Source: Octopus sinensis (taxonomy: Eukaryota). From it: a DNA stretch of 64,000 nt. Location: the NCBI RefSeq assembly GCF_006345805.1, contig NC_043013.1, positions 59,272,001 through 59,336,000 on the forward strand, given 5' to 3'. This document shows, in pieces, positions 27,506 to 41,902 of the stretch; position 1 is the first letter of the stretch, and each line of letters opens with the position of its first letter. Position numbers and translations under genes: made by a program. Below the pieces are notes generated by a model. That model was not told the origin of the DNA and searched no databases. It saw only the letters and a list, made by a program, of their open reading frames with translations.

Positions 27506-28633
27506 GCTTCTGATAGTCGTCCCTTGCCATGGTGGGTGCCTTTCTTACGTTTGTCTACTCACTCCGTGCACTGGTACCTCACAGGTGAGATCCCGTGCAA
27601 ACAGTTGTGGTGCATCATAGGTACATATGTGTCACCTCATATAACTTGTCACAAGGTATATAATTCTTTATTTGCTGTTTCACTTATTTACATATCAATC
27701 CATTTTAGAAGTTGTCGTGTGCTGCACATTTATACAAGGAACTGTGAAGGGGCTTTGAGGCTTTGAACAGCACACTACAAGGTGTGTACCTGAATGGTAA
27801 ATCATTACTTATATATATTGATATTTAGCATAGGGAACAGAATGACTCAGGGACCAAGAATTTCATGTGTTGGCACTTATCAGCCACAAAACTTTCGGCA
27901 CTTGAGTCACTCTGTTACTTCTGCTAAATATTAATAAAAATACACATATACCTATATTTTGAGTTCTATTTTCCTTGTTTCCATCGCCATACCTTTGTAT
28001 ATATAAGGTGCAATGGTTTATTCAAGACCTGACCAGAACCATCCAGCTTATTTCCATTCAGCTTTCAAGCCTCACAGCAGAGCTTGGCTCAATGCGGTGC
28101 CATCACTTGCAACTGGCACTCAGCTTGATAATGACTACCAGTGCATTGGCATTTCCTTGAGGTTTGGTCTCCAGATCTGAGAGCCTCATGGATGCTACTT
28201 CGGATCCACAGTGGATTCTTTCAGCCTCACTCCACTGTCCTGCCGTCATAGTGCTGACCACTTTCTATGCCACCCTTAACAAGATCATAAATCAGGGCCT
28301 AAATGCCACAGGCTTCCCTTTCCAGCTCGAATCTGCAGGGCAAGACTGAGGGGATGGTAAAAGGCTGGATGGTATGACAATTTTCCCGTTTCGTGTTGGT
28401 AGGTCCCTCATCTGGGATGCCACAAGCTGTGACACCTTCCCCTGTGTTGTCAGCTACCAGCCCAGGCTCTGTTGTTCGTCAAGCTAAGAAAAACAAACTG
28501 TCAAAGTATAGGTCACTCTCCGACAGGTTTATGATCGAGCCTGTGATAGTTGAGACCTCCGGTGTTCTCGGTCAGGACAATCCATCCTTCAAAAACTCCA
28601 TGCTTCCTGAAATTTGTGAACACTACTCTTGAA

Positions 28634-28672
<39 letters not shown>

Positions 28673-28703
28673 TGCATATATGCATACATATACGTACATA
28701 TAT

Positions 28704-28734
<31 letters not shown>

Positions 28735-30737
28735 GGTATAGGACGTAAAAAAACGTAAACAACATGAAATACGCAGACGAACTTGGCTATGTGAACAACG
28801 AGAGGAACAAATGGTAAACAAGACAAGTAACATAAAGAACAACCCTTCATCAGTTGTTGGCTGTCCATCAACTCCTCATTTCGAGCAATTAACAACAATA
28901 TGAGGCTTCGAAAGGCAGTTGCTCCCGTGAACCAAAATAAAATTTGGGATTTGTGGAGGGTCAAAGTTGGTAACAAAAGCAGGACAGTGGAGACATATAA
29001 CAAGCCAAACTTCGTAAACAACGGAAGATATATCACAGTCCTGTCCAAGAGGTAATTGAGATTTGTCTTTACATGTTCAGCCAGGGCAGGTTTGAGTCAT
29101 CTGTTACTTATTGATATACGACTTGGCATTAACAGGACATAAAAAAGAAACTTTTATTGTGTGTCTGTTAAAGATTTTACTGTGTCTATGGGTTCTAGTG
29201 GTTAGAGTGTCAAGCATCTTGATCGTAAGATTGTGGTTTCGATTCCTGGACCGGGCGACGCATTGTGTTCTTGAGCAAAACACTTCCTTTCATGTTGCTC
29301 CAGTCCACTCAGCTGGCAAAAATGAGTAACGCTGCAATGGAATGGTGTCCTGTCCAACTGGAGAACACATACGCCATTGAAACCAGGCCCATGAGACCGG
29401 CTAGGCTTTAAAAGGGCACATTTATTATTTATTATGGGTGCTAGGAAAGTGGATATCTACTAAGTGCAAGAACCTTCTACCTACATTTATCTTTCGAACT
29501 TTATATACCGTGATAAGAGGGATTCAATAACCCTTTCGATTTTAATCTGGAAACTTAAAGACGAAAGGATCAATTTCGATACAAATCCAAACCCTATATT
29601 AACGGGGTCTAAAAAACCTTCTGTGTGTTCTATTGAAAAATTGTATCTATTGAAAAACATGAGAACTTCCAACTGAATACATAAATTCAAGGAACGAGAT
29701 TTTTCTGGTATGCCCGTATTTCAGGAAACACATCTTGTCGGAATTTAAAGGTAGTCCACCGGACACATAGTAAACTATTGACAACCGGTTTACGTCTGTT
29801 TGACATTGAATTAGTGTAACATTGGTTATCTTTCTTGGGGCTTTCTTTCTTGTCTTCTTTACAATTGTCTCTCGCTTAATTGTTTTTTACTCAAACTGAC
29901 AAACGGTCTTATTTTCAAATTAATAAGTATTGGAATGAATTCATCATCATCATCATTATCATCATCGTTTAACGTTCGTTTTCCATGCTAGCATGGGTTG
30001 GACGGTTCGACCGGGGTCTGGGAAGCCAGGAGGCTGCGTCAGGCTCTAGTCTGATCTGGCAGTGTTTCTACAGCTGGATGCCCTTCCTAACGCCAACCAC
30101 TCCGTGAGTGTAGTGGGTGCTTTTTATGTGCCACCAGCACAGGGGCCAGAGGAGGCTGGCAAACAGCCACGATCGGTTGGTGCTTTTTATGTATCACCGA
30201 CATGGACGCCAATCAGGCAGCGCTGGCATCAGCCATGTTCGCATGGTGCTATTTGCGTTCCACCGGCACGGGTATCATAACTACAATTTCCATTTGATTT
30301 TTATTTTGATGCTGATGTTGACGTACTTGACTCAATAGGTCTCATTATTGATAAATTATTATTTCGCCCTGGGTAGCTGTAATTACAAGATTTGTGGGGA
30401 TATTTTTTTAAAGATTATCTTTAATCACTTCACTGATCAAGTGTTTTTCTACATGTTAAAGCTTTACCATACGCATGCATACATACACACATACATTGTA
30501 AACAAACTTATAAGCCCCAAGTGTGTTGATATTCTATAGAATATAAAGGAATTTGTGAATGCAGGAAGATTGTGAAGACAGCTTAGAAAATTGAATCAAC
30601 ACCTTTACAAGGCAGCAAATACCAAGTGGAGCCTTGCTGGTCACTTCTAAGGGCATTTACCTGATTTTCTAAGCTGTGTTCTCAGCCTTCCAGCGCTCAG
30701 AAATTCTTTATTTTCACTACCCTCTTTCTCTCTCTCG

Positions 30738-30772
<35 letters not shown>

Positions 30773-31633
30773 ACATACACTTAGTCACTCACTCACACGC
30801 ATATGTATGCATGTATATATGTATGTATATACACACATAATTTAACAACACAATAAAAAGAACATATAAGAATACAGAGGTATCATATGCTTGACTTACT
30901 GAGAATATAAGGGAGATGACAGGAGTTTTCTTCCTGATGTGAAGATAGGAGAGAACCTGTGGGAGATGACCCTCTCTGGCTGCAGCGTAAGTCAATCTAA
31001 AGATTACAAGATGAGACATTTATTGTAACAGTAAATACAGTAACAACAACACATACAATATCACAAATGTTTATATATATTGGGTCGTCCGGAAAGTTCG
31101 TGCCGTTTTATAGTAGCTTACCTTTCGACTTATTTTAGAACATAGTTGAGTTCATAAAATAGGATTTGACTACATCTCCATTTAGAGCACAGTTTAAGCT
31201 ATCTTTTCGTGGAAGAAGGCTTATGTTCCTATAACCTGTGTTAATTCTGTAACCCTTTAAGATGGAAGATAAGAAAAATTGGGAACCAGAGAAAAATTGC
31301 TGCTGTTCGGCTAGGATGTGTTACCCCACCCTCCATATTCACCAGATATTGCTCCTTCGGATTTCCACTTATTCAGGTTTCTACAGAATAGTCTTAATGG
31401 TAAAAATTTCAATTCCTTGGATGACGTAAAAAGATACCTCGATGAATTCTTTGCCATGAAACCCCCTCAATTCTGGGAAGAGGGTATTTTCAAGTCAAAG
31501 GAAAGATTGAGACGCATTGTACAACAAAATGGTTCGTATTTGGTTGATTAAAAATGTAATGGCAAGTATTTATTGACCTTTTTCTTTCCTTTAAAAATCA
31601 GCACGAGCTTTCCGGACAACCCAATATATATAT

Positions 31634-31676
<43 letters not shown>

Positions 31677-32115
31677 CGGAAGGGAGAACACTATAGATAA
31701 GTAAATTAAGTAACATAACAAAACAAGTATTTTATGATTCTTTGAGAATTAACAAAATAATATTGTTGTAATAATAATATAAGGTATAAACTATACAATA
31801 CTATAATATTTTGGTTATTAAATTTATTTATTAAGTGAAATAAAACTAATTATCTATTATAATTGTTATCGTTCTTATAATTATCATCAATTAATTAATA
31901 AATGAAATGGAAGTATTAATACATTTATTTATTTAGTATAATGAAAACATCTTATTTGTGATATGTAATTAATATTAATTCTAATATAATGATGTATATA
32001 ACAGTAACTACAAGTATACGAGAATAGCATTATAAAGATCAAATTCTGAATTAATCTGCCAACAATTTTCCAAATCCAGTAGAATAATATAAGATGATAA
32101 AACTTACAGATATAC

Positions 32116-32159
<44 letters not shown>

Positions 32160-35100
32160 GTATATATACACACACGTATATATACACGCACGTATATATA
32201 CACACACGCACGTATGTAGAGTAATTGTTAGATATTCTTTTCAACAAGTGAGATGATGAACTACCTACGTAAACAAGACATGAGAACCAGAAGTAATTTT
32301 CTCTCCTCTCTTCCTTTCTTCACTACCTTTATAATAAACAAATTTATATGAAGTGGAATATTCTATCTAGATCCTTCCCATATGATAATGTTTCCCAAGG
32401 CCTCACATTTTGGAGAACAGGTATAACTGATCAGATTGACTCCAGTACATAACATTGCTGGCGTTCTATCAGCATTTGAGACCCATATCAGCTGTCCACA
32501 AGGGTGCCAACACATGCAAGACGAATAGGATCACTGCTGCAGAAGACCGCAGACAAGCCAGGAAGAACAGAGCTAACAACCCTGTAGCAGACACTACCAT
32601 TCCCTGTCCACATTGTCAAAGACTCTTTCGGATGCAGATTGGCCTCACTAGCCATCTGCAGACTCACAAAACAAGCCCACCCCCACCCCAGGATGACTAG
32701 ATGGTCTTCGTCGCATCGGTGGACAAACTACATCGCTCCAGATAAAATGCAAGAACCTACATGCAGAAAATAGGAAAATATTTTGATAATCATGTAATAA
32801 ACTTCACTGCCATTACCATCATCATTGACATCATCTTCAACACCACCATCGTCACTTTCTCATCATCCCCACCTCCATCTTCATTAATATAACCATCGTC
32901 ATAAACGTCGTTACTATTATTAAGATGAAACAAAATATGGGCTGGAAACTTATACTCACCGCCCACTTGTGAAACAAATTCCATTTGTTGCGCCAAACGT
33001 TGACATGGCCACAGAAATTGGTATTATAATGGCAGCAACCCCAAGAACTCGATCAGCCCATAACTGGAAAAAAATAAGTATTCTTTAGAAATTTGCATCT
33101 TGAAGAATTTGTTTTATTTGTTTTTTGTTTTGTGTTTGACTGATTAATTAAAAAGAAGAACAAAAACAACATAGATCATATCCAAACCTTGTGGTGGGGT
33201 GCAGGAACTATCAGACCTGAATGTCATGTAAATAAATATAAACTTTGTAACTGTGTACATTTTAAAAAATTTATTACGGAAAAAGACAGACAACAGTAGA
33301 TAGAGGAACAGGGATAAATTGATAGATAGACAGAGATGGATAGAGAGAGTGACTGATAGACAGAGAGAGATAGAATGACAGATAGACACAGAGAGAGAAG
33401 CTGATAGACAGAGACAGACAGGCGGATTGACAGACAGATAGAGATAGATGAAAATAACCAGATATACAGTGTATAGATTTACAGTTAATCACACGGGCAC
33501 TTTAAATTTCTTTTAAAACATTTTATTACATTTATATTTCTATCTTACAATTAACTAAATTAGCAAAGAATAATGGGTTCATATTTTTTTTTAATTAAGA
33601 TCTAAACTGTTAATATATGAATGTGAAAGAGATATTTGAATAACTGTAAACCTACTTTTGGGCCATCCTGTATAGAGACAGAGGTAAACAAATAGAGACA
33701 GGTGGTCAGATGAACAGAAATACCCATTCACTCTTTAGTTATTTCAGTTATTGGACTCTGGCCATGCTGCTCACTACCTTGAAGTGTTTCATCAATCAGA
33801 TATTCTTTTCTACTCTAGGCACAAGGCCCGAAACTTTTGGGGTGGGGGCCAGCAGATTAGATCGACCCCAGTACGCAACTGATACTTAATTTATTGACTC
33901 AAAAAGAACCAAAGGCAAAGTCGACCTTGGTGCAATTTGAACTCAGAATGTAAAGACAGATGAAATACCACTAAGCATTTCGTCCAGCGTGCTAATGTTT
34001 CTGCCAGCTCACCGCCTTTCCTCAATCAAATGTTATATTATGTATTATACTATTGGGATCTGTGGAAATTCCACAGAACAAAAAAAGATAAGAGAAGCTA
34101 TTTAAGAAAGAAAGGATGATTTTTAATTTTATTTTACCAAATTATTTCACTTCCTGTCCCAATAATACATTATATGATTTTAAAACTTCCCTCTGCTAAG
34201 AACTTCAAATTTCTATTCCTCTCTTCTTCAACAAACTTTTTAACCATGTAATTCCCCTCTTCATAACATTTCTCTCTTTCTCTTCACCTTTCCTTCCCCA
34301 CCCTACAGTACATCATTACCACTTCTCTCTCCCACTTTTCTCTCATCTTTTTCTCTCACTCTTCACCTCTCCCTTCAACTAACCATGTGATGCATTTGGC
34401 CTTAGTGTATTATTATACTCCTCTCTTCTGTCTTCTCTACTCACATTTCTTCTCCTGTCCCCTCTCACTTTTACTCCACCTCTCTAACTAACTAAAGTCT
34501 AATGGTCAAACAAACAAGCAGACTATTATTTAGATTGTATCATATTGAGTTACTAGATAACAGTTTTTAACTACTGTACAATAAATGGCTATGTCACCAA
34601 TACCAAAAGGTAACTGCCCAACATTAAAACCAACATTTACTGCTCTGAAATGGCAACCCATGTGAAACAGTGCCCCAAAGGTAAGAGAGTTCTATGTAAT
34701 TTGTTCATCCTGATCTGGGTATCAGGTGCCAAGCACTGCATTACATTTTTTCATTGTGTTTTGATGTTCGAAATTATTTTGATATTATGAGTGTCTCCAC
34801 TTCCCCAATCTACATTTCATTGCTAGTCAATGGCTTAACATGGTACAGGTCTTTAAATTTCTTCATCAGTTTCTAGTAAGCCCTCAAATAGATCAAGTAC
34901 TGATTTCACTACCCTCTTAGTCAATTAAACAACCCCAGTGTTCAAATACTACCTCAACCTCTTTTAGTCACCTTTTATGACATGCAGAGGAAATATAGAT
35001 GCTCTTTCACATGCCAGTCAATATGAGAATATGGAAATACTTTTTTACATGAGTCTCCACATAGCACTAGAGAAACTTGAAGTGTTTTTCTCAAGAACAC

Positions 35101-38100
35101 ATGTCACCTGTTCCAGGAACTGAACCTGTAATCTGGCAATCATGCATGCAACACTCTTACCACTATGCCACGTGCTTTCACTGTTGCTAACTTTCACCCT
35201 CTTGTCAATACCCCTGTACATGGTTTGTACAGCTTTCACAAGCCATTCATTTACTTCCAGCTTCCTCAGTCCCCACAAGTTTACTGAGCAAAGGACTGTT
35301 GAATATTATTGATGAGAACAATGACAAGACAAAGTGAAAACAGAATGTAATGATAATTAGTTTGGCACAGAATGAGAGATAAGAAAAGTAAAGTGTCTTT
35401 AATATTTTGAGCTTACACTCTTTATCACAAAGTCAGATGGAGGAAAGAAAAAATAAAGCAGGAGTATATAAGCTTGGTATGTGAGTGTGTGTGTGTGTGT
35501 GTGTGTATGTAAGGTGCCACACATCTTTGACTGGAGGCAGAGAAACTTAAAATGAAATGCATGGTGTAAATGCATTTATCCTCAATGTCAATACATTCAA
35601 TATTTAGTTTGATAGGAAAGCAAAGAACAACGTACCCCACCAACTGTAGCTGACCGTAAGAGCTCCCGTTTTGTCATAACAGCCAGATATGAGACATTCG
35701 TCAGAAGATACAGAACGGTGACAAGGGGAATCCCAATTAGTATTGCCAGTGGTAAATTTCTATAACGAAATATCAGAATACATATATTTTACAAAGGCGG
35801 AATAACTTACAGTTTTTGGCATGGAAATGTCTTGTGTGTGTATACACAAGGGGTGGGGCTGAAAAGTTTCTGGCTTTGAAATCAGACCTGGACACTATGC
35901 AGCAGTGGATCATGGACTGGCAACTCAAGCTGGCTGTGGACAAATGTACCACCATGCATTTTGGGAGGAAAAACCCAGCGTCTACTTACTCCCGCTAATC
36001 TCAAAAAGTCTTCTTTTGAATGTGACCTTGGCATTATTGCCAACAGCGATTTGCGTTGGACAAAACACATTGCTAAAATTACCAAAAAGGCTGAGGGTGT
36101 CTTGGCATCACTCACCAAGTCCTTTGTGAACCACTCTCCGGCTATCTATCTGTGGCTTTATATAGCTATGATGCGGCCTCACCTGGAATTTGCCTCACCG
36201 GTCTGGAACCCCTATCTTGCCCAGGATATGAATCGTCTGGAAACCATTCAGCAACGTGCAACCAAGAGAATACCATCCATTAGGCATTTGCCATATTTTG
36301 AACGCCTTACTTCCCTGGGCATGGATACATTGAAACACCAACGTCTGGCTGATGACTTGGCACACACCCATAAAATTACTAACCATCTTACAAACAATAA
36401 CTCTGAGCATCTTTTCAACCTCCACCTGTCTAACACCTGTGGACATGTTTACAAAGTCAGAAAACAGCACAGCTCCCATAACTTTCGGAAACATTTTTTC
36501 ACACTAAGATTTGCTGAAGTATGGAACAAACTGCCGGCATCAGTTGTTAGTTGTTGGAGCACTGCATCCTTCAAAACTTCCATGCTTCCTGAGATTCGCC
36601 AACACTACACCTGATTTTTTCTCCTCCATACACACGCAAGCATGTGTCTGACTCATACACTGTTCGCTTTCCAGACATTCATACATAACTGAATATGCTT
36701 TATACACACTTTTGACAAGTTGTGGTGCACCTGAGCACTGTATACAATAATTTCATTATCATTATTATTTAAAATAAAGGAGTATCAGTTAATTATGATT
36801 TTATTCAACACACTCTCATCTCAGATTCAAACACTTATTGCAGCAGTCCTTCAGTTTTTCCAACCTTGTAAAGGAACTCAGGAAGTTGGGCTTCCAGCCA
36901 GGCCTTTTGCGATACCCTTAAAGCCAAGAAATTTTCAGCATACCTTTGTAAGTATATATATATATATATATTATAAATGACTGAAACAAGTAAAAGAGTA
37001 TATAATTGTTAAACAGGACAGCTAACATAAAGGCAAGGCAAACATCTCAAGTCATATACAATATTATTATAGGAAGAAATTCAAAATCTTACAGCTGTTT
37101 CTGAGACATCCCTGAATATGGAATATTCTGTCATCAGAGACAAATAGGGAAAATGAGAATGGTATATATATTATATATAGATGACAATATAGAGAAAGGG
37201 GTAAAAGAATAACAAGATGGAAAGAAAAAAGAAAAAAGAAGCATAAAAGTTCATAGTTCAACTTCCCGAATTTATAGAAGCCTGAGCATGAGTCTGTACG
37301 TGCAATCCCATGCAGATCCATGAGTGTAAGTTCTTAGGTGCAATCCTGCATATATCCATGAAAGAGCTGTAAGATTTTGAATTTGTTCCTATAATAGGCG
37401 TAGGAGTAGCTGTGTGGTAAATAGCTTGCTTATGAACCACATGTTTCCGGGTTCAGTCCCACTGCATAGTACCTTGGGCAAGTGTCGTCTGCTATAGCCT
37501 CAGGCCGACCAAAGCCGTATGAGAGGATTTGGTAGATGGAAACTGAAAGAAGCCCGTCGTATATATGTGTATGTTTGTGTGTTGTGTTTGCCCCCTCCCC
37601 CAACATCGCTTGACAACCGATGATGATGTGTTTACGTCCCCGTAACTTAGCGGTTTGGTAAAAGAGACCGATAGAATAAGTACTAGGCTTACAAAGAATA
37701 AGTCCTGGGGTCGATTTCCTCAACTAAAGGTGGTGCTCCAGCATGGCCGCAGTCAAATGACTGAAACAAGTAAATGAATAAATGAAACGAATAATAATAT
37801 TGTATACGTCTTGAGATGTTGTCTTGCTTTAATGTTTCCTGTCCTGTTTAACAATTATATATCCACTGCATCGGAAATCTGCAATGGCTCCCTAACTACC
37901 CTCTCAGCTATAACCTTGGAGCCCTAGTAATCCATTACAGCACTTACCTAGCATACCTAATCGTTTAGATTACCTGTGAACTAAAGCCCCATACTTTGTA
38001 TATATATTTGAGACATAATCTATCAGCTTCCAGTAATAAGCAGGTTTATGTCAAGCTCAGAATTGCATTAACCTAGGACACTTAAAAAGTAAAAAAAAAT

Positions 38101-40906
38101 CACATGCCTTTTGTAATGCAATCAAATACAAATTAAATTTACAGTTAAGAAGTGTGTGTGTGTGTATCATTTACATTGTCCTTCAACTTACAAATGGATT
38201 TGATTGTGTTGTCTGGTCTGAGAAAGAAAACAACTTCAAATATTTCAAGTATTTCAAAAGGACATCCTGTTGTGTGTGTGTGTGTTATGTGTGTGTGTGT
38301 GTTATGTGTGTGTGTGTGTGTTGTGTGTGTGTGTTGTGTGTGTGTGTTATATGTGCGTATATTATATATAAATATATGTATATTTGTGTGTTGTGTGTGG
38401 TGTGTATTATATGTATGGCGTTGTGTTGTGTGTGTGTGTGTGTTCTGTATGTATGTGTGTTGTGTTGGTGTGTTGTGGTGTGTGTGGTGTATGTGTGTGT
38501 GGGGGGTGAGATGTGTGTGTGTGTGTGGTATGTATGTGTATGATGTGTGTGTGTGTGTGTATATATGTATATGTAGTGTGTGTGTATGGCCCGCACACAC
38601 GCGTAGACGCGCACGAACATGCGCGTGCACGGGCGGGCACGCATATACACACACCATCCTACCCCAAAAAATTCTTTAAACAACACACATCTATTTATAC
38701 CACCCTGGAACCAATCAAAAACAGCCCCCACACACACACAGACACTTGTATACGTGTATGTGCACACACACAGGGACACACACACTCACACCTCCATACA
38801 GGCACATATATACACACGCAGCACCATGTCAAATGCCATCCACGCACATACATGCGTACACACGCATGCACACACACACACACACACACAACACCATGAC
38901 AACCACACACGCGGTTGGCAAACAGACACCATCTGACCAAATACTACAGACACACAGACACATCTATTCACACCACATGTATATGTATGCACACACACTA
39001 CACACAGAGACACACATATTCACCTCACCCTAACCCCAAAATCATTGATGCTTGAAGGAGAGCCAAAAAAAGAAAAAAACGGTTACATCCTTTTCAATTC
39101 CACATTTCTGCTAAAACGGGCAGGTCAGTAACTACCTCACTACTACATTATGTAAATCTTTTTGAATTCATAATATTCTGTACTGAACTTTTTTTAATAA
39201 TTCCTCCTGGAAATTACCCTGAGATTATAATATATTTGTTTAAATCTTTTCTGCCCATTTTTTCAATGAGCTTGTTAAACCTCTTTATATTCTCAACATA
39301 CCGTTGTACTTTTTATGTCCTTAACATGTCCCTGTTACCAAAGACTGTATATAATATATGTAATGTAGCAATTTGCAACAACCAATAATTAACGCAACCA
39401 AACTTCCACATGTTCCTTTTGACAATCTTTTTCCAAAGAGTGAAACCGGTAAAGTAAATAAACATCTTTTAATTGCATTTTCAAACCTTCTTTCGTATAT
39501 AATTCCACTCGTGCGATACCCCACAACTCAACTTTGTTATATATATATTTATATATATATAGTAGGTCCAGGTTGAGTCGGGGTTAACCACAGTAAATAA
39601 GGTACTCAATACATAGCAGAGTAAATTAAATTATTTTATAGAAGGAGCTTCTACAGGACTAGAACTGTTTCATTCAAATGAAATCATCAGGAAGCTTGCT
39701 GTCAAAATAATTCTGGTATTTATACATTTAGGCAGATTTAATGGGGTGGTGGTGGGGGACGTTTTTTGGTAAGCAGGCACAAACTGTTGTTCTTAGGGGA
39801 GTGGTCAAAAGAATCAGTGATAAAGTAAATAAATGAATAAATAGAATAATTGAATAGAGTTTTAGGTAAGTTAGAAGACTATTGCTTTTAGTCAGTTTGT
39901 TGTGTTATTATTAAGTGGAGGGAAGAAGTAGATAAATATACATGAAAGAACATATAAAATAAATATACATACAAACCCACATACATACACATGCGAATAT
40001 CCTACATATACATATACATATACACATGCATACATAGACACACACATACATACATATAAATAAATACCCTAGCACATATATATATACATATATATACATA
40101 TACATATATATACATACATATATATATACATACACATATATACAAATACACATACACATACATGCAACATGCAAACACAACGCACATATATATCTACACA
40201 TACATATATACCCACACATACACACACCCATATATATATTTTCTTCTCTCCTCATCTTCCTCCCTTATTTTATTTTTATTTTTATTTTCCTTTTCTGAGG
40301 AGGAAATGAGTGAGAGAACATGTGTGTATGTGTATGTGAATGAGTGTGCGTGTGAGTGTGTGTGTGAGTGTTTGAGTTTATATCCATTGGTAAAGAGATA
40401 GAAAGGAAGGGAGAGGGGAGTGTAGAAGGATTCCATTTGGCCTGCTGGAACCCTGGGGAGTTCTAGGAACTTTTGGCGTTTGTCTATTCTAAAGTCACTG
40501 AATGTGTGTTGACTGGTAGGTAGGTCATAAATTATACCTTTTATGATCTTGAAGAAGCTCAGATGCCATTCAGAGTCTAAGAACTTCATCTACATTGTAT
40601 GTTTGTATAATTGTACTGTGGAGGTTTGTGTCTCTGCGTGTACATGTGTGGTTTTTTTGTGTGAGTGTGTGTGTGTGTATGTGCGTGTGTGTGTGTGTGT
40701 GTCTCTGTGTGTTTGGAGTAGGGAGAGAGACAAATAGAGAAAAAGGAAAATAAAAATAAAAATAAAATAAGGGAGGAAGATGAGGAGAGAAGAAAATATA
40801 TATATGTGTGTGTGTTTGTGTGGGTATATATGTATGTGTTGATATATATGTGCGTGTGTTTGCGTGTTTGCATGTATGTGTATGTGTATTTGTATATATG
40901 TGTATG

Positions 40907-40942
<36 letters not shown>

Positions 40943-41836
40943 TATATGTGCTAGGGTATTTATTTATATGTATGTATGTGTGTGTCTCTATGTATATGCA
41001 TGTGTATATGTATATGTATATGTATGGATATCGCATGTGTATGTATTGGGTGTTGTTGTATATTTATTTTATATGTTCTTTCATGTATATTATCTACTAC
41101 TTCTTCCCTCCACTTAATAACAACAACAACAAACTGACTAAAAGCAATAGTCTTCTACTTACCTAAAACTCTATTCAATTATTCTATTTATTCATTTATT
41201 TACTTTATCACTGATTCTTTTGACCACTCCCCTAAGAACAGTTTGTGCCCTGCTTACCCAAAAAACATCCCCCATAACCACCCCATTAAATCTGCCTAAT
41301 TGTATAAATACCAGAACTTATTTTGACAGCAAGCTTCCTGATGATTTCATTTGAATGAAACAGTTCTAGTCCTGTAGAAGCTCCTTCTATAAAATGAATA
41401 TATAATATATATATATATATATAAATATATAAATAAATATGTTCTCTAACCGATAAATTAACTGCTGCTAATTATTAGCTGCAGGCTAGTTTTCTCGGGT
41501 TCCAACGCGCCAAGGTAAAGGCATTTGAAAGATATATTCAAATGTAATAGGCTGAACTCCATGCACGCGATATTTCGGTATCGTGTTGCATCTAGTCCAG
41601 CAAATTACATTTATAACGGACCATGCTGATGATGGCTGCAGTTTTCCTTGCGGAAAATAACAGCTGAAACTAATTTAGTACATGGGTAATTATTTTATTT
41701 CGTATATTTTTCACTTGTTTATTGCTATGGTTTTGTGTTGAGTTTGATCTGAGAACATAATCTTTTGTGGTGAATGGCGATTTGACGTCTATATCTAGCA
41801 TGTTGACTGTCCACTTTTCGTGCTCAGTCCTTAATT

Positions 41837-41902
<66 letters not shown>

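Larger units (their letters stand above)
39636..41394. mobile_element. Penelope-like remnant with inverted pLTR duplication
   Basis: Arms about 39636-40295 and 40739-41394 are reverse complements apart from microsatellite length. Spacer has a minus-strand ORF end ([13 protein letters not shown]). Confidence 0.75.

Noticed and set aside
28790-28930. CTGATGA on the minus strand in a PLE-like repeat
   Set aside because: No downstream GAAA, stem III or NUH site; at most half a motif.
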